64,000 bases of DNA. Source: Longimicrobiales bacterium (lineage in GTDB: Bacteria > Gemmatimonadota > Gemmatimonadetes > Longimicrobiales > Gaopeijiaceae). This document shows, piece by piece, positions 46,944-57,085 of this stretch (positions within the stretch are counted from its first letter, which is position 1; every line of letters begins with the position of its first letter). The notes beneath the pieces were generated by a model. It had not been told where the DNA came from. It searched no databases and worked only from the letters and a program-made list of their open reading frames with translations. The stretch is from assembly GCA_965219445.1 (NCBI GenBank), contig CBDCNQ010000002.1, positions 672,001 to 736,000 on the forward strand, in the 5' to 3' direction. Position numbers and translations under genes: made by a program.

Positions 46944-49517
46944 TCACTCCGGAAAATCGCCAGCCTCCACACCCTCGGCATAAAACTCCCTCAGGAACCG
47001 GACCACGTCGGTCCATGGCCCCTTCTTCACGGGAGCGGGGGGCAACGACTCCCGGAGATACGCCCCGTAGCTCTTACGGACGATGCGATCGTCGAGAAGG
47101 AGGATCGCGCCGCGATCCTCCTTCGATCGGACCAGCCGACCGAAGCCCTGCTTGAGCCTCAACGCCGCGAGGGGAAGCACCAGCTCACCGAACGAGCTCC
47201 CCCCCCGGCGCTCGATCGCCTCGATCCTTGCAGCCGTGATGGGCTCGGTCGGGACTTTGAACGGAAGTCGTTGGATGATGAGTCCCCTCAGAGCTCGCCC
47301 GGGTACGTCGACGCCCTCCCAGAAGGACGCCGTACCGAGCAAGATCCCCGACCCCGACTCGACGAATCGGTCCAGGAGGCGGTTTCGGGTGTCCTCACCC
47401 TGGACGAAGAGCGGCCATCGCACCGCCCCATCCTCACGCAGCAGCTCCGCGACCCGGCGGAGCGCGCGGTGGGACGTGAACAGAACGAAGGTCCCCCCAC
47501 CGGAGATCGTGCAAGTCTCTCTGATCACTTCGGCCGTCGCCTCTTCGAACACCCCCCCGGGCTCATTGGCATCGGGCAGGTCCGTGGGTACGACCAATAA
47601 CGTCTGTTCCTTGAAATCGAAGGGCGAGTGTATGATAGACTCAGTTACATCTAGTTTTACATCAGATTCCAATAGATCGTCTTCCTTCAATCCGATCCTG
47701 CTCCGAAGGAAGGCGAACGACTCCCTCGTCGCCAAGGTTGCGGAACATAGGGCCGCGGTTTCGACCCTCTCGAAGAGGTGCTCTCGGAGCAGGTCACCCA
47801 CCTCGATGGGCGCGGAGGCAATCACGAGATTCCGGTTCTTCCCCCGCGCCTTGCCCCGCCACTGGAGCCAGCGCACAAAGCGTTCTTCTCCCGGTTCTGC
47901 ATCGAGAACGGTACGCAGTGTGTGTGCGGAGTCCGTCAGGCGGTGTTCGCCGCTTCGTAGATCCAAGAGGCGTCCCGGAAATCCCTCTGCCAAGGTATCG
48001 TGGTCCTCCAGGCGCTCCCGCACATCGCGCAGCTCCCGTCCCAGTGCTCGAAAGGCTGACGTCAGCCCATCGAGGCGTTCCCGTACCCCGGGGTGGGACC
48101 CGGGCTCGGGCAGCTCGGCGGTGCCGATCCGCATGGCGCCCACCGCATCGAGCGGTAGAAGGGGCTCCAGCGCGTTGAGGAACAGCGTGAGCTGGGCCCT
48201 GGCCTCCTCGAGAGCCGGCCGTACCCGCTCTTCGATACGCGATCTCAGCTCCATGGCGGGCTCTCGCTCTGTCCTACCGGCCAGGGCCTCCTGCACCGCC
48301 GTGAGCACACCCCGTCCGCGTCGATCCAGGCGGGACAGCATCCGGAACATTCCCCGGCGCGTCACCTCCAGTCCCAGGTGGGAAGTGGCCGCGTCCTCGA
48401 TGTTGTGCGCCTCGTCGAGAACCAGATGCCGATAGGCGGGGAGCACGGCGGAGGCCTTGTAGTTCTGTGTCGCGATTCGTACCGAGAGATCGGTGAAAAG
48501 AAGGTGGTGGTTGGTGATCAGCAGGGTGGCCGACGCAGCCCTGCGCCGAGAGCGTTGATAGAAGCACGCTTGAAAATGAGGACAGCGCGTGCGAAGGCAG
48601 ATGTCGACGTCACTCTTCACCTCGTCCCAAACGTCCTCGTTAGGCACGAACGTGAGGTCCGCACGAGATCCGTCCTCCGTCCGGCCAATCCAGTCGAGCA
48701 GCCCATCCAACTCATCGGCCCGATCGTCCGGAAAAAGAAGAGGGGCGGACTCCGCCGCCAACATGGCCCTCCGAATGGAGATGTAGTTCCCCCTACCCTT
48801 CACGAGCTCCCAGTCGACGTCGTCCCCGACGAGCTTACGCACCAGAGGCAGGTCCTTGCCGTCCAATTGCTCCTGGAGGTTGATCGTGTTGGTCGAGATC
48901 ACGGTCCGCTCCGCGTTCTGTAGAGCCCACTCCGCGGAGGGGATGAGGTAGGCCAATGATTTGCCGGTGCCCGTGCCCGCCTCGACCAGCGTGACGCCAC
49001 CTCGGTTGTAAGTCTCTGCGACCTGACGGAGCATCGCGCGCTGCCCTGGCCGGTCCTCGTAGGCGGGATGCTCGCGGACGAGTGGGCCCACCGGGCCGAT
49101 CACGGCCTCGAGTCGATCGACCTCGAGCGGCTCGACGACTCTCGGTTTTGGGGGCTCGACGACCACAAAAAGCCCTTCGGCGTCGTTGTTGGTGATTGCA
49201 GTCCCGATGCCCGCCTCGTACAAGCGGGCGGCAACGCTCAAATCGGCGTCGGAGGGCTCCAGTTCACCGGAGGGGTGGTTATGGATCATGACCGAACCCT
49301 CCTCCGCATCGCGGGCTGCGGCCAGCACCGCCGCGTTGTTTCCTCGCGAGACGGCCCTGGGCTCCACCAGCACCCGATCGGGGTCGACTCGAACGAGGAA
49401 GCACACCTCCCGACCACCGGCCTTCCCCACCTCCGCTCGAATCTGTTCGGCGGCCGAGGGTGAGAGGCGTAGGTCGGACGCCGGTGCGGGCCGGAGGTCG
49501 GACGTGGGTGAAGACAC
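46944..49517 (-). CDS. dinG: DinG/YoaA-family helicase with N-terminal JAB/MPN-like domain
   Basis: EVCF..HNHPSG..PSDADL; EAGTGTGKS, LDEAHN, LFTS, FWEGVDVPG, QGFGRLVR. Confidence 0.9.
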   Translation of the reverse strand: MSSPTSDLRPAPASDLRLSPSAAEQIRAEVGKAGGREVCFLVRVDPDRVLVEPRAVSRGNNAAVLAAARDAEEGSVMIHNHPSGELEPSDADLSVAARLYEAGIGTAITNNDAEGLFVVVEPPKPRVVEPLEVDRLEAVIGPVGPLVREHPAYEDRPGQRAMLRQVAETYNRGGVTLVEAGTGTGKSLAYLIPSAEWALQNAERTVISTNTINLQEQLDGKDLPLVRKLVGDDVDWELVKGRGNYISIRRAMLAAESAPLLFPDDRADELDGLLDWIGRTEDGSRADLTFVPNEDVWDEVKSDVDICLRTRCPHFQACFYQRSRRRAASATLLITNHHLLFTDLSVRIATQNYKASAVLPAYRHLVLDEAHNIEDAATSHLGLEVTRRGMFRMLSRLDRRGRGVLTAVQEALAGRTEREPAMELRSRIEERVRPALEEARAQLTLFLNALEPLLPLDAVGAMRIGTAELPEPGSHPGVRERLDGLTSAFRALGRELRDVRERLEDHDTLAEGFPGRLLDLRSGEHRLTDSAHTLRTVLDAEPGEERFVRWLQWRGKARGKNRNLVIASAPIEVGDLLREHLFERVETAALCSATLATRESFAFLRSRIGLKEDDLLESDVKLDVTESIIHSPFDFKEQTLLVVPTDLPDANEPGGVFEEATAEVIRETCTISGGGTFVLFTSHRALRRVAELLREDGAVRWPLFVQGEDTRNRLLDRFVESGSGILLGTASFWEGVDVPGRALRGLIIQRLPFKVPTEPITAARIEAIERRGGSSFGELVLPLAALRLKQGFGRLVRSKEDRGAILLLDDRIVRKSYGAYLRESLPPAPVKKGPWTDVVRFLREFYAEGVEAGDFPE

Positions 49518-49528
49518 AACAGGCCTCA

Positions 49529-49865
49529 GAGGCCTGCTGAAGAAGTGGGGCGAGCCGCGTTAGGAGCGCCACGGGGCCAGATCCTAGGCGGAGCTCCGCA
49601 CGCATAGCCTAAGCTACGGGAAGGAGGTCCAACAACGGAGATGGCCCCGTGCCGCCCTAACCCGTAGGGCGAAGGGGGGTTGCGGGACCATACTGCGTCT
49701 CTCTTCCTCGCGGTAGCGGTGCTACCCCTCGTCATCGTTCGTTCTTCGCCTTCGGCTCAGGTGCCGCGATCAACACGGCAAGACGCCCAACATTCGGGTC
49801 GCGACGTTGTCTGATCTCCGCAAGACCCCTTCGCGCGGCCGCACCCCACTTCTTCAACAGGCCTC
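49529..49865. mobile_element. MITE-like non-coding element with 22-bp terminal inverted repeats
   Basis: GAGGCCTGCTGAAGAAGTGGGG (49529-49550) versus CCCCACTTCTTCAACAGGCCTC (49844-49865), 21/22 complementary; internal long stems; no credible ORF. Confidence 0.82.
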
Positions 49866-51117
49866 AGGTCTTGAGCTGCTGCTTCCTGGCCGCCGGGAAG
49901 AGAACGTTGTTCAGGATGAGCCGATATCCGGGAGAATCGCGGTGCAGATCGAGATCCGTGGGTGGGTCCCCGATCTGATGTTCCGGATCTTCGGGATCAT
50001 GCCCGCCGAAATAGGTCCAGGTCCCCTCTCCGAGGTTTCCGTGCACGTACTTCACGATCTCGCCGTCCCTCGCCAACACGATCGTGCCGGGTTTGAGCCG
50101 GTCCGTCCGGAAGGAGGTGGTGAGTCCGTAAAAGTCGGAAATCACCGCGACGTGGTTCTGAGTGAGCATCGTGGGCACGGGATCGAATTTTGCTGAAAAA
50201 TCGAAGAGGGTGAACGCCCCGAGCTCCAGACGCCACGGAGTGTTGACCTGGTGTGCGTCGATGTCGCTGAACGCGTTCACGGCCGGACGCGTCTGCACCA
50301 CGCCATCCCTGAACGCCATCGTGAGGTCCCATTCCATCTTGCTCGTGGCGTCCGGATCAGGCGGCGTCCCGTCCGAATACGAGGCCGCGATGTCGGCGTG
50401 CTCGGCGCCGAGCGCGAGCTCGAGCGTTTCAGTCGCGGAACACATGGCCAACAGGAATCCGCCATCTTCCACGTATTGGCGGAGCCGCCGGGCGACGCCC
50501 TTCTTGAGGTCGGGTACGGTGGCGAATCCGAGCCGCTCGGCCATCTCCTCGTTCCGGGACACCTCCTCCTGGAGCCAAGCGGACCCGGCGTAGGTGATGA
50601 AGAATTTGGAGTACTGCCCGGTGAAGTCCTCGTGATGAAGGTGGAGCCACTCGTACTCGTCCAGGTCCCCCTCGATGACGTCCTCGTCCCAAATCGTCTC
50701 GTAGGGAATTTGCGCGTACTGGAGCGCCATGGTGACGGCGTCGTCCCAAGGTGTGCTGTTGGGCGGAGTATAGATCGCCACCTTGGGCGCCTTCTCCAAG
50801 ACGACCGTCTCCATGTTCGAATCGGCGATCACGGCTCGGATCCCGGCGACGTCGGCGCCATTCACGGGCTCGGTAGTGACGCCTCGGAGGGCAGCCTGGC
50901 GGCGTAGACCCTCTATGTTGGGCAACAGGAAGGATCCACCCCGGTAGTTGAGCAGCCACTCCGCCTCTCCGTATTGTTCGAGAGCCCAATAGGTGAGGCC
51001 GTACGCCTTGAGATGGTTCTCCTGGGCGCGGTCCATGGGCACGAGCAACGACTGGGCGACCGTGGGTAACGGCCAGGCTAGGAAGGTCATGACCGACACG
51101 ACCCGCAACATCCTCAT
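49864..51117 (-). CDS. Conserved exported hypothetical protein
   Basis: Signal peptide; HLKAYG, WLLNYRGGSF, PWDDAVT, WLHLHHEDFTGQY, AMCSAT, SPGYRLILNN. Confidence 0.8.
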   Translation of the reverse strand: MRMLRVVSVMTFLAWPLPTVAQSLLVPMDRAQENHLKAYGLTYWALEQYGEAEWLLNYRGGSFLLPNIEGLRRQAALRGVTTEPVNGADVAGIRAVIADSNMETVVLEKAPKVAIYTPPNSTPWDDAVTMALQYAQIPYETIWDEDVIEGDLDEYEWLHLHHEDFTGQYSKFFITYAGSAWLQEEVSRNEEMAERLGFATVPDLKKGVARRLRQYVEDGGFLLAMCSATETLELALGAEHADIAASYSDGTPPDPDATSKMEWDLTMAFRDGVVQTRPAVNAFSDIDAHQVNTPWRLELGAFTLFDFSAKFDPVPTMLTQNHVAVISDFYGLTTSFRTDRLKPGTIVLARDGEIVKYVHGNLGEGTWTYFGGHDPEDPEHQIGDPPTDLDLHRDSPGYRLILNNVLFPAARKQQLKT

Positions 51118-52883
51118 GAATCTGCTCCTCTCTGGATCCGCTGCAGCTCACGGCGGGCCGTCGGTACGATCGCGCTGTTGGGCTGGCTCAGGATGAGGTC
51201 CTCCAAGAGCTGAATCGCCTCGTCCACACCGGCCGGGGTGGCTCCCTTGAAACGGGCGAGCTGGAGCGTGGCCTCAGCTACCTCCGCAGAGTACGGGTGA
51301 TCTCGGATGATCCGCCCCCTGAAATCGGCCGCCGTCTCGGGCGCACGCCCGCGGTCAGCGATCCGGGCGCCCATCGCGAGTAGCAGCGGTCTCTCGTCGT
51401 GAGACACGGCGTCGATGGCGACCTCCAACTCGGACAGCGCCCCATCGGTGCTCCCGTGATGCGCCAGGACGGCGCTCCGCATGAATGCGGCGAGAGACTC
51501 TCCTTCGAGCCGGTCGAGGAGGTCCAGGAGCGCGATGACTTCCGTAGCCACTCCGGCGGGGACACCGGAGAGGGCTTCCTGTAGGGCCCCCCGGCCCGCG
51601 ACGACCTCCCCGGCGGCAAGATAGAGGTAAGCACGCTCGAGAGCGCTCCTCGGGCCGGTCAAGCCCGCTAGAAGCGATCGGGCGCCCTCTCGGTCCCCTT
51701 CAGCATCGAGCTGCACGGCCAATGTAACCGCCAACTCATCCAGTTGGGGCGCGTCCGGGTACTCCTGGGCGAACGCCGCCAGCGACTCCCCCATGTCCTC
51801 ACGGCCCAATTCAATTCCGAGTCGGATGATCTCGGCGAGCGCCTGTCGCCGGCCGGTGGCGCCTTCGGGGAGATTGTCGGCAATCGCTTGCTGGGCCTCG
51901 AGAACTCGGACGGTGTCCCCGATCGCCAGGGCCGCAATCGTGATGCGCTGATCCAGCGCCCGGATCTCCACGTCGCCGCCGGCGCCCGCTCGGAGTGTCT
52001 CGTAGGCCCAAAGCGACACGCCCATGGCGGCGACCTCTTGAGCCTGTCGAGCGACGGCAGTCAGAAAGCCCTGACGCGGCCGGCCCACCAGGTCCTCCAG
52101 GGCGGCCTCAGCCAGGCTCCTCGCCTCCCCGAAGGCACCTGCGTCGAGGGCAATCTGGGCTCCGGCCCGAAGACGAAGCCCGGTCGTAGGTGGACTGCGC
52201 AACTGTTCGAGGAGGGATAGCAGGAGTGCCTCTCGATTTTCCTCGATCTCCCCCAATCTTCTCGCCACGTTCGGTATCCCGGACCCGTCATTTCCGATGA
52301 AGGCCGCCCACTCTAGGACCGCCTCCTCCATGCGGCCAAGGTCGCCCAGGAGATCGCCCACCTCCATGGCGAAAAGAGACGGCTGCCCGAGCTCGGTCCT
52401 GCCTCGTTGAAGGACGGAGAGGGCCTGCTCAGGCCCGAAGACCTGAGCAAACGCGGCTCCAGCCGCCCGGTAGGGCTCGACGGACGAGCTCCCAGTGGCC
52501 ATCCAATCCTCCGCCGCCGCCTGGAGCGCGTCCTTGTCGTCGAGCTCGGTAAGCACTCGCAGCTCGAGGAGCCTCGGAGCCAAGGCGTTCGGCTCCATGT
52601 CCACGTATTGCTCGGCGAAGGGCAGAATCTCGTGAATGCGGTTCTGGGCCCGAAGGATTTGCTCCAAGGCGAAGATGCCGCCCGAGGAGGTGGGTCGCTC
52701 GTCCATGAGGCGCCGCAGAGTCTCCTCCGCGGCCTCTAGGTCGCCAGAGGATTCTTCACCGGCCGCGGCCCGCAGGAGACGGGACTCCAAGAGCGGATCG
52801 TCTTCCTGCGCATGGACTGCGACGGGCCGAAGAAGGGCCAAGCAAAGCACACCTAAGCTCCATCTCCACTCAGCGATTCTCAT
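51114..52883 (-). CDS. Exported TPR-like helical repeat protein
   Basis: Signal peptide; Ala/Leu/Glu helical repeats; P.S....AR C-terminus. Confidence 0.78.
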   Translation of the reverse strand: MRIAEWRWSLGVLCLALLRPVAVHAQEDDPLLESRLLRAAAGEESSGDLEAAEETLRRLMDERPTSSGGIFALEQILRAQNRIHEILPFAEQYVDMEPNALAPRLLELRVLTELDDKDALQAAAEDWMATGSSSVEPYRAAGAAFAQVFGPEQALSVLQRGRTELGQPSLFAMEVGDLLGDLGRMEEAVLEWAAFIGNDGSGIPNVARRLGEIEENREALLLSLLEQLRSPPTTGLRLRAGAQIALDAGAFGEARSLAEAALEDLVGRPRQGFLTAVARQAQEVAAMGVSLWAYETLRAGAGGDVEIRALDQRITIAALAIGDTVRVLEAQQAIADNLPEGATGRRQALAEIIRLGIELGREDMGESLAAFAQEYPDAPQLDELAVTLAVQLDAEGDREGARSLLAGLTGPRSALERAYLYLAAGEVVAGRGALQEALSGVPAGVATEVIALLDLLDRLEGESLAAFMRSAVLAHHGSTDGALSELEVAIDAVSHDERPLLLAMGARIADRGRAPETAADFRGRIIRDHPYSAEVAEATLQLARFKGATPAGVDEAIQLLEDLILSQPNSAIVPTARRELQRIQRGADS

Positions 52884-55800
52884 CGGATCACGCCTTGCGT
52901 TCCACCGCGGCGCTCCGCCCGATTGAGCCGCTCGAAGTACTCCAGCACCATCTGGCGTTGAGCCGGGGAGAGCTGCTGCAGCTCTTCAGCCGGGGGGAGC
53001 TGAAAACGTAACGCCCCCATGTCCTCCGGCGAGAGCACTTCGACCTCATTTCTTTCGAACTGACCTGGTGCAGAGGACTCGCGCTCATCCGAAAACTCAT
53101 CCATCTCCAGGCTCCGGCCGGCGTCCAGAAGCCGGTGGAAGAGCCTTTCTTGTCGCTGAAGCGTTTCCACGTCTAGGGCCTCGCCTGCAAGCCGCTCGGC
53201 GAGTGCATGCGCCTCTTGGGCCAGAGCCTCGAGGTCACCCAGGGTTTGAGCTTGGTCCCGCGGCCGATTCGCGAGCTCACCGAGTTCCGCGGCGATCGTC
53301 TCTTGGCTGGCCGCCACGTCACTGAGTTGCTTCGCCTGCGCCTGTTGCCCGAGGCTCATGGGGGTGAGCTGCCCGGTCCGCTGATTCAGAGAGCCCTGTT
53401 GCTGGGCGATCTGCTGAAGCCGCTGGGTGACCTGTTCTCCGGACTGCCCTTGAGACCCTTGCCCCGGGACCTTGGCGGCCGCCGCCGCCATGACGGCAGC
53501 TTGATTGAGCGCTGCGACCGCCTGCTCCGCGGCACTGGAGGGAGAGAGCCTATCTCCTCCCTGACTTTCCAGCGCCTCGAGGGTCTCCTGAATGGCCTCC
53601 ATCGCCTGGCCCATTTGGCCAGCGACCTCATCGCTGGCCTGATCCCCCGCCGACTGCTCCGAAAGCTGGTTCGCCATGTTTTCGACGCCCTGGAGCAGCG
53701 CCGCCTCATCGCCACGCATTTCCGTGAGCTCTTCCGGAGTCGCACCACGCATTTGGTCCTGCAGGGCCGTCTGCTCGCGAGCGAGTGATAACGCGTCCGT
53801 GGCCGTCTGCTCCAGGGCTTCCTGATTGGCCTGCGCGTTCTGCTGGGACATCTGTTGCTGTCCCTGCTGAAGTTGATCGGACATCTGACTCATCTGGTCT
53901 GCTGCTTCTTGGGCGGTTTCGGACGCCTCCTGAGGTTCGCCGTTCCGTGCCTGTTGGGCAGCCTCAGACATCGACTGCTGCGCCTGTCGGCCCTGGTTTT
54001 GCGCCTGTTCTACCGCATCACGCGCCTCCTCTTCTCCCGCCTCAGCCAGCCGCTCCTGCAACCCGTCGAGCGACTCGTTCAGATCCTGAGTGCGGGCCTC
54101 CAACGCCTCCTGCTGTTCGGCCCTCAGCTCGGGGGAATCCCCCTCATTCATGGCGTCGGCCAACGCCTGTTCCTGCTGGGCGAGTTCTTCCGCCTCCTCG
54201 GCGGTGGCCCGGAAGTCCTGCTCCATTGCGGCCCGCTCGAACTGCTCGATTGCCGCCTCCAGCCGATCACGAAGAGCTTCCTGGTCCCCCGCCAACTCCC
54301 TGAGCAGCTCCTCTGCATCGTCGCCGGTCATCTCATTGAGCTGTTCAGCGACATCCTCCAGGAACTCCTCGAGACTCTCCGGTGCCAACTCGTCCATGAG
54401 TCTCTGGAGTTCCCTCAGCTGCTCCTGAAGCTCGGGATCAGCGAGTCCCGTCGTCTCCAGATCCCGATTGAGCTCGGCCAGCTCCATTTCGAGGGAGTCC
54501 AGGGCAGCCAGCAGCTCCTCCTGAGCCTCCAGGGCCTCCCGTACGTCCTCCTCTTGCTCGAAGTCCAGACGCTCTTCGTCTTCCTCTGTGCGGCTCTGGC
54601 TTTCTGGGTCACGCCGATTCGAGAGCTCACGCTCCAGCTCCTGCGTCTCCGCGGCACGCTCCTCAGCCCGGTTCGCCAACTCCTCCACACCGCGTGTCGC
54701 TTCATCCAGACGCTCTTGGGCTTCGCGTCTCAGATCAGCCGCGGTGGGCGGCCTGAGCACGTACTCGCGCGTCTCACTCACATTGGGGATCGGGGCGTTG
54801 TCCACCGCCCGCACGAAGTAGCGGATCGTGTCCCCGGGTAGCAGCTCCCAACTCGTGAGGTCGATGATGGGCCGTAGCAACGCCCCGCGAGTTCCCCCCA
54901 CCGTCATCGGCTGTTCGACGGGAGCCGTCCGGTCCCCGAAGGCGGTCACCCGATAGACGACCAGCTCCAGATGGTCCAACCCATAGTCGTCCGACGCCTC
55001 GAGAACGAGGGCCTGCCTGAGGGAAACCGGAAGTATCGTGTCACGCCCGGGGAGCAGCACGGAGATATCGGGGGCGGAGTCGGGCACCATGGTGAGTCCC
55101 AAGGGCGGCGGGAGGATTTCCGCCGGTTCGCCATCGACACCGATGAACCGCCATTCGTATAGGCCGCTCACCCGTGGCGTCCACCGCCCCTCGAAGTTGC
55201 GGCCATTCACACTCAGTTCCGCGTCCGCCTCCCTCCCTACCTCTTCCTCCCTCCCTACCTCTGCCCCTGCCTCTGCCCCTGCCGCTCCGTCGAGATACTC
55301 CAATCGGGCGGAAAGAAGGGGACGGCTGGCTTGTCCGTCGAAGGAAAACACGCTCCCCACCGGGATCTGAAGTGGGGGTACTACGACGCCATATTCCTCT
55401 GGGGGACGGCCCGTGTGCGGCGGGAAGGCAATCCGCACGATCAAATCGCCCACCAGGAGCGGATCCACAGGCTGGAGCTCGTAGCGGGGCGACATTGCTC
55501 CATCCGGAGCCTGCACCCAATAGTCGGTCCGGGCCGTGACGCGCCGGAGCACGAACGATCCCCGGTCTCCGTCCAGATCGATCATCTGCTCGAGCTCGAC
55601 GTCACCGGCGGCCTGCCAATGTACGGTCACCGTCATCCTTCCGGGCGCAGACACTTCCATCGGCACATCGGAGCCTCGTAGGACCTCGACGGTTCCGGGA
55701 GTCACCACGAGCGCCGGAAGGGTCGGTCCCGCCATCAGCTCGAACGGCCTCGCTAGCCCCGCCCACGCCATGAGAGACCGCGCTGGAGCTACGGCTGTAA

Positions 55801-56308
55801 GGACGATGACGAGCGGCAAGAGGACCATGAGCCCCAGGCCCCCGCGCCGCATCCACCGTCGAACCTCATGAGTCATCCGTCCAGCGAGGTCCCGACGCTC
55901 ACCGTGAAGGTATGCGAGGGCATTCTGGGCGGCCCGATCGGCCAGACTCGACGACACGCCGGACGGAAGCGTTCTGGCCAACTCCAAGGATCCTCTGAGG
56001 ATCCCCGGCGCCATCCCGACCTCCAGCTCGATATCGTTCGCGACGTTCCGCTCACGGAGCCACGATCCGGCCAGCCGCCGATACACCAGCCAGGAGGACA
56101 CGCACAGCCCCACGATCAGCGCGTCGATGAGCAGCGGAGCCAACGTCCCCTGTCGCCAACCCTCCGGAGCCATGGCCACCCATGCAAGAACCAACACACC
56201 GGCCAAAGCAGCGCCGAGCCACAGGCCGAGCGCCACGCGAGCGCTCCCGAGCAGGCGCGTCCTGACACCCTCGACGATCCGAACGATGCTGGCGGGCGCC
56301 GGGCTCAC
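52880..56308 (-). CDS. DUF4175-like membrane protein with long Gln/Glu coiled coil
   Basis: 3 N-terminal TMs, ASDDYGL, PGDTIRY..A.DN, extended coiled coil, EYFERL end. Confidence 0.82.
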   Translation of the reverse strand: MSPAPASIVRIVEGVRTRLLGSARVALGLWLGAALAGVLVLAWVAMAPEGWRQGTLAPLLIDALIVGLCVSSWLVYRRLAGSWLRERNVANDIELEVGMAPGILRGSLELARTLPSGVSSSLADRAAQNALAYLHGERRDLAGRMTHEVRRWMRRGGLGLMVLLPLVIVLTAVAPARSLMAWAGLARPFELMAGPTLPALVVTPGTVEVLRGSDVPMEVSAPGRMTVTVHWQAAGDVELEQMIDLDGDRGSFVLRRVTARTDYWVQAPDGAMSPRYELQPVDPLLVGDLIVRIAFPPHTGRPPEEYGVVVPPLQIPVGSVFSFDGQASRPLLSARLEYLDGAAGAEAGAEVGREEEVGREADAELSVNGRNFEGRWTPRVSGLYEWRFIGVDGEPAEILPPPLGLTMVPDSAPDISVLLPGRDTILPVSLRQALVLEASDDYGLDHLELVVYRVTAFGDRTAPVEQPMTVGGTRGALLRPIIDLTSWELLPGDTIRYFVRAVDNAPIPNVSETREYVLRPPTAADLRREAQERLDEATRGVEELANRAEERAAETQELERELSNRRDPESQSRTEEDEERLDFEQEEDVREALEAQEELLAALDSLEMELAELNRDLETTGLADPELQEQLRELQRLMDELAPESLEEFLEDVAEQLNEMTGDDAEELLRELAGDQEALRDRLEAAIEQFERAAMEQDFRATAEEAEELAQQEQALADAMNEGDSPELRAEQQEALEARTQDLNESLDGLQERLAEAGEEEARDAVEQAQNQGRQAQQSMSEAAQQARNGEPQEASETAQEAADQMSQMSDQLQQGQQQMSQQNAQANQEALEQTATDALSLAREQTALQDQMRGATPEELTEMRGDEAALLQGVENMANQLSEQSAGDQASDEVAGQMGQAMEAIQETLEALESQGGDRLSPSSAAEQAVAALNQAAVMAAAAAKVPGQGSQGQSGEQVTQRLQQIAQQQGSLNQRTGQLTPMSLGQQAQAKQLSDVAASQETIAAELGELANRPRDQAQTLGDLEALAQEAHALAERLAGEALDVETLQRQERLFHRLLDAGRSLEMDEFSDERESSAPGQFERNEVEVLSPEDMGALRFQLPPAEELQQLSPAQRQMVLEYFERLNRAERRGGTQGVIR

Positions 56309-56991
56309 GGGACCATCTGGCTGAGGACGTACAGATAGAGGTTCACACCCATGCGGAGCGCCGACTCGCGGACATCCGGAGCGTCATCGTGGACATCGGG
56401 ATCCTCCCAGCCATCACCGAGGTCCGACTCGTAGGTGTAGAAAACGACCAGCCGCCCACCATGGAAGATGCCGAAGGCCTGGGGCGGCCCTCCGTCGTGC
56501 TCGTGAATCTTGGGCAACCCCTCCGGAAAGTCGTACATCATCCGGAAGACGGCTTGGTCCGGCGGAATCTCGGCGAGTTCGTACTCCGGAAAAATCTCGG
56601 CGATTTCTTCCCGGAAAGACTCGTCCATCCCATAGTTGTCGTCGGCGTGGAGGAAGCCACCGGCTAACAGATACTCCCGAAGGGCCGTCCGTTCGTCGGG
56701 CGAGAAGCGCACGTTCCCGTGCCCGGTCATATACAGGTAGGGATGGTCCTTCAGCGACGGATCCAGAGGGCGTACCGTCTGTGGCTGGGCCGACACAGCC
56801 AATCCCGTTCGTTCCCGAATGGCCGTGAGAAGATTGGGCAGAGACGACGGGTTCGCATACCAATCTCCACCACCCTCGTATTGCAGCCGAGTGATGGTCA
56901 AAACCGAATCGGGCCGCACACCTGCGCCGGTATGGGACCGTACGTCCAGGCCGGCCGACGTAAGAGCTGCTAGAAGAAGAGCCAGCATCAC
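56305..56991 (-). CDS. DUF4159 domain protein
   Basis: GGGDWYANPSSL, YMTGHG, GGFLHADDNYG, DLGDGWE. Confidence 0.88.
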   Translation of the reverse strand: MMLALLLAALTSAGLDVRSHTGAGVRPDSVLTITRLQYEGGGDWYANPSSLPNLLTAIRERTGLAVSAQPQTVRPLDPSLKDHPYLYMTGHGNVRFSPDERTALREYLLAGGFLHADDNYGMDESFREEIAEIFPEYELAEIPPDQAVFRMMYDFPEGLPKIHEHDGGPPQAFGIFHGGRLVVFYTYESDLGDGWEDPDVHDDAPDVRESALRMGVNLYLYVLSQMVP

Positions 56992-57085
56992 GGTTGTATC
57001 CCGAGCGCTTCAGGCATCGAAACTTCCCGCCCGCGTGCTTCCTGCGCCTCGCTGGCGATCGCTGACTCCACCCCGACTCCTCTGC

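Noticed and set aside
49864..51117. Calling this asparagine synthetase B, a label I recall for similar proteins
   Set aside because: No N-terminal Cys glutaminase domain or SGGLDS motif, and it has a signal peptide.
55225..55285. Pyrimidine-rich repeats inside the DUF4175-like gene
   Set aside because: In-frame linker expansion (AGAEAGAEVGREEEVGRE).
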